Positions 7,834 to 9,989 of a stretch of 9,989 bases of DNA are shown here, piece after piece; position 1 is the first letter of the stretch; each line of letters begins with the position of its first letter. The stretch spans positions 1 to 9,989 of the forward strand of contig NW_021827664.1 in assembly GCF_006345805.1 (NCBI RefSeq), read 5' to 3'. A program made the translations under genes and the position numbers. The stretch comes from Octopus sinensis. Taxonomy: Eukaryota. The notes under the pieces are model-generated. The model saw only the letters and a list, made by a program, of their open reading frames with translations. It was not told where the DNA came from and ran no database searches.

Positions 7834-8980
7834 TCAATATTCATTCCTGTACTTAATTGAGCTAATTTCCATTAGCTGTATTGAATTTTTACAATTTCCA
7901 CTTTTTTTCCAAATGCTGCAAGTACTTCTTTGGTTGCTGATGACAAACATCTTGTAGAATTAAAATATTAATGGAAACTTGCATTTCAGCTTTTAGCTGC
8001 CATTCTTGTCACATCTGTGTTTTTCTTCTCTTTGGTTAATTAGTTAATTTTATATAATCACAATTTCAGGAACAATGTATTTTTCAAGTTTTTTTCTCAA
8101 TTCTCATATTCACATTTTTGGCCAGATTTTTATCCCCAATAAATCTAATTAAAATATAACCCGAGACTTTACATAGTTGACACAAAAATGCGTAAATACA
8201 ACATTAATGGATTATGTTGAATACTACTCAATGTTTCTGAAAATTATTTTTTAATAGATGTTAGCGACTTTTTGGTGTCGATATGTTCAATTTTATAGAA
8301 TTATACCTATCCAGAAAATTAGTCAATCCTGTTAAAATACTCTGGAAATAATGAAGATTAAAAATGGATCATGATATGATCAACTGAATATTGATAAGAT
8401 AGAATTGAGATGATGAATAGTTTTATTAGTTCGTCTTCATTGCCATTGGAAATGAGGAAATATCGTCAATTCAGTAACACACAATTTCATATTTTTCACG
8501 TTACCAAACGACATGTGAAAGTTCCCACAATCTCCTATCGGACCGATAAAGATTTACAATTAGATTGATTATATTTTTTATCGGATACAAGACATGTTCC
8601 TCTCACGAGATTCACGATTTTATGAAAGAATTAGTGTAACTACAGAATTTTGTCTGAAAGTTTAACCTGTTGATCTAACGCAGAGGATATGTTCTACAAG
8701 CAAAATCTAATAGAAGATATCTTAATTACACGCAGTATTGTGGACGTTTCACGGACTTGAGAGATACATGGCTGAACCCTAGGATCTTCACCAAAACTTA
8801 TCTGCGACATTCCTGTGAATAAAAAGAGGAATCGAACAAAGAAACCCCCCAATGCCGTACGGAAGATTCTAATCATTCTTGATGGGATCCAAAAACCTGT
8901 GGACCAAACGTACTACAATTTTTTAAGACTTGAAAACTACAGGAGCAGTCTAGGAGTCCTACATGTAAAGAATCATTCAT
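7834..8980 (-). pseudogene. Interrupted minus-strand gene with micro-introns, product unknown (best supported 7834-8460)
   Basis: GT-AG introns at 8237-8268 (32 nt), 8145-8172 (28), about 8028-8061 (32-34), 7951-7978 (28) and 7876-7901 (26) join ..GLTNFLDRYNSIKLNISTPKKTLSSIQHNPLMLYLRIFVSTIFIGDKNLAKNVNMRIEKKLEKYIVPEIKKNTDVTRMAAKKLKCKCLSSATKEVLAAFGKKLMEISSIKYRNEY* (TGA 7834-7836). This needs single-base corrections in homopolymer runs near 8092 and 7992. The upstream part to a possible ATG at 8980 is poorly resolved. Confidence 0.5.
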
Positions 8981-9064
8981 GTGCAGCATTAACGGAATTA
9001 TAGTTTATGTGATTATGTATCGTCGCATAATAAAAAAGTGAAAGGATTAAAAGTAGTTTAATTA

Positions 9065-9583
9065 ATGTTGCGTGTGCCTGAGGTTATGTTGTCGTGAAAT
9101 AGTCTCAGTTACCAATATACGGGCAGTCCCCCGACAAGTCCGGCTACGTGCCACCACAGGAATCAGTCGAACGCATAATTCACTCGATTCGACTCAAGTT
9201 GGAGCCCTCCTTCGACAAGGCAGGCAATTGGAATGGTCATTATTAGTTATACAACCAAGTCGGACAGGCAATAGAATACTCGATGGGTACTCCCATATGC
9301 TCATTCCCAGATAACGTGGAATATATCCGAAACCACCCATCTCTCATCCCTAAATTGTCAGTGATCTCTGCCTTTGGAGTGTCTGGCTTCCTTATGTCTT
9401 TGCGACGTTGACTGTTGTTGGTAGTTCCAGTGGGAGGGCGAGTGAGACGCGTCGTCTACTCCGGATTGGGACTCATCACAGGCGTCAGTGTCTGCTACCC
9501 TCAGACCGCCATCGCCCACTCCAAGACAATGGTCGACTTGTTAATATCGGTATATACTCAGTGCACTATTCTAGAAAATGTGA
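9065..9583 (+). CDS. APOO: MICOS complex subunit MIC26/MIC27 (apolipoprotein O-like), 132 aa, 5 micro-introns
   Basis: Removing introns 9083-9102 (20 nt), 9220-9246 (27, GC-AG), 9287-9310 (24), 9407-9430 (24) and 9550-9574 (25) gives a 399-nt frame: MLRVPESQLPIYG..EYIRNHPSLIPKLSVISAFGVSGFLMSLRLGGRVRRVVYSGLGLITGVSVCYPQTAIAHSK..KM*. The LPIY motif, two glycine-rich hydrophobic segments split by a basic linker, and the CYPQ motif match ApoO/ApoOL. MIC26 and MIC27 cannot be distinguished here. Confidence 0.85.
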
Positions 9584-9614
9584 CTAATTCAATAATTGTT
9601 GTTATTTATTAGTT

Positions 9615-9989
9615 TTATTGGAGGACACACTTATTCCACAGACTGGGAGTGTCCTGAAGGGCGGTGATTGCCTCGATTAGAATATTGTTGCGCACGAGAC
9701 TCCCAAAGATGTGTTCGGCCACCGCACAGCTGTTGTAATCCAAAAAGTCGGAAGGTTGGGCCAACTGTAGGTCCCGATTTATGAGGGTCGACAAGGATTG
9801 TCTCGACGACTGGTCCTCACACACTTTGATGGACTGGTTGATTATTTTTACGAGTTCTTGCTTGTCACAGACGGGCATATTGGGGGACCGTTCTGCCTAG
9901 GGGTTAGTCAAATGGACGAACGAGTATTGTCTTAATGTTTTGGACAATATTCGTGGCGGAGGGCGTCATCTCGTCTGTTCCCAGGGCAA
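9615..9989 (-). CDS. 3' part of an unidentified protein-coding gene running off the window end
   Basis: A 25-nt intron at 9897-9921 (GTTCGT..TGACTAAC..TAG, clear branch point) joins ..ALGTDEMTPSATNIVQNIKTIL|AERSPN in frame to the listed 87-aa ORF. The frame is stop-free to TAA 9615-9617. Confidence 0.8.

Noticed and set aside
1227-9612. Short ORF-track entries such as 1227-1436, 2093-2275, 3619-3825, 5618-5860, 5976-6218, 6629-6817, 7278-7490, 8815-9003 and 9072-9314
   Set aside because: They are antisense or off-frame shadows of the genes and elements described, or unspliced read-through, with no independent motif support.

Overview
AT-rich eukaryotic DNA read in the standard genetic code, most likely from a compact-genome animal. 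The ORF track misses the genes because they are split by very small spliceosomal introns. I count 19 well-supported introns of 20-28 nt (median 26; 2 are GC-AG). After manual splicing the window holds an intact TPX2-like gene (1070-1800, +) bracketed by two identical 53-bp palindrome-containing repeats, and an intact MIC26/MIC27 (ApoO-like) gene (9065-9583, +). It also holds the 3' part of an unidentified convergent gene (9615-9989, -), a 5'-truncated, frameshifted cathepsin D/pepsin-family gene (6139-7267) whose seven micro-introns match the vertebrate intron phase pattern as I recall it, and one or two decayed minus-strand genes. Mobile DNA includes three Buster-type hAT right ends and fragments of CRE-like (RLE) non-LTR retrotransposons. 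One hAT is a nearly full but decayed transposase whose conserved motifs are restored by removing 29- and 32-nt GT-AG segments, so the transposase itself appears to carry micro-introns. A complex rearrangement at 2625-3085 copies parts of the protease gene in both orientations with a stuttered junction. All protein identities come from motif recognition, not database searches.
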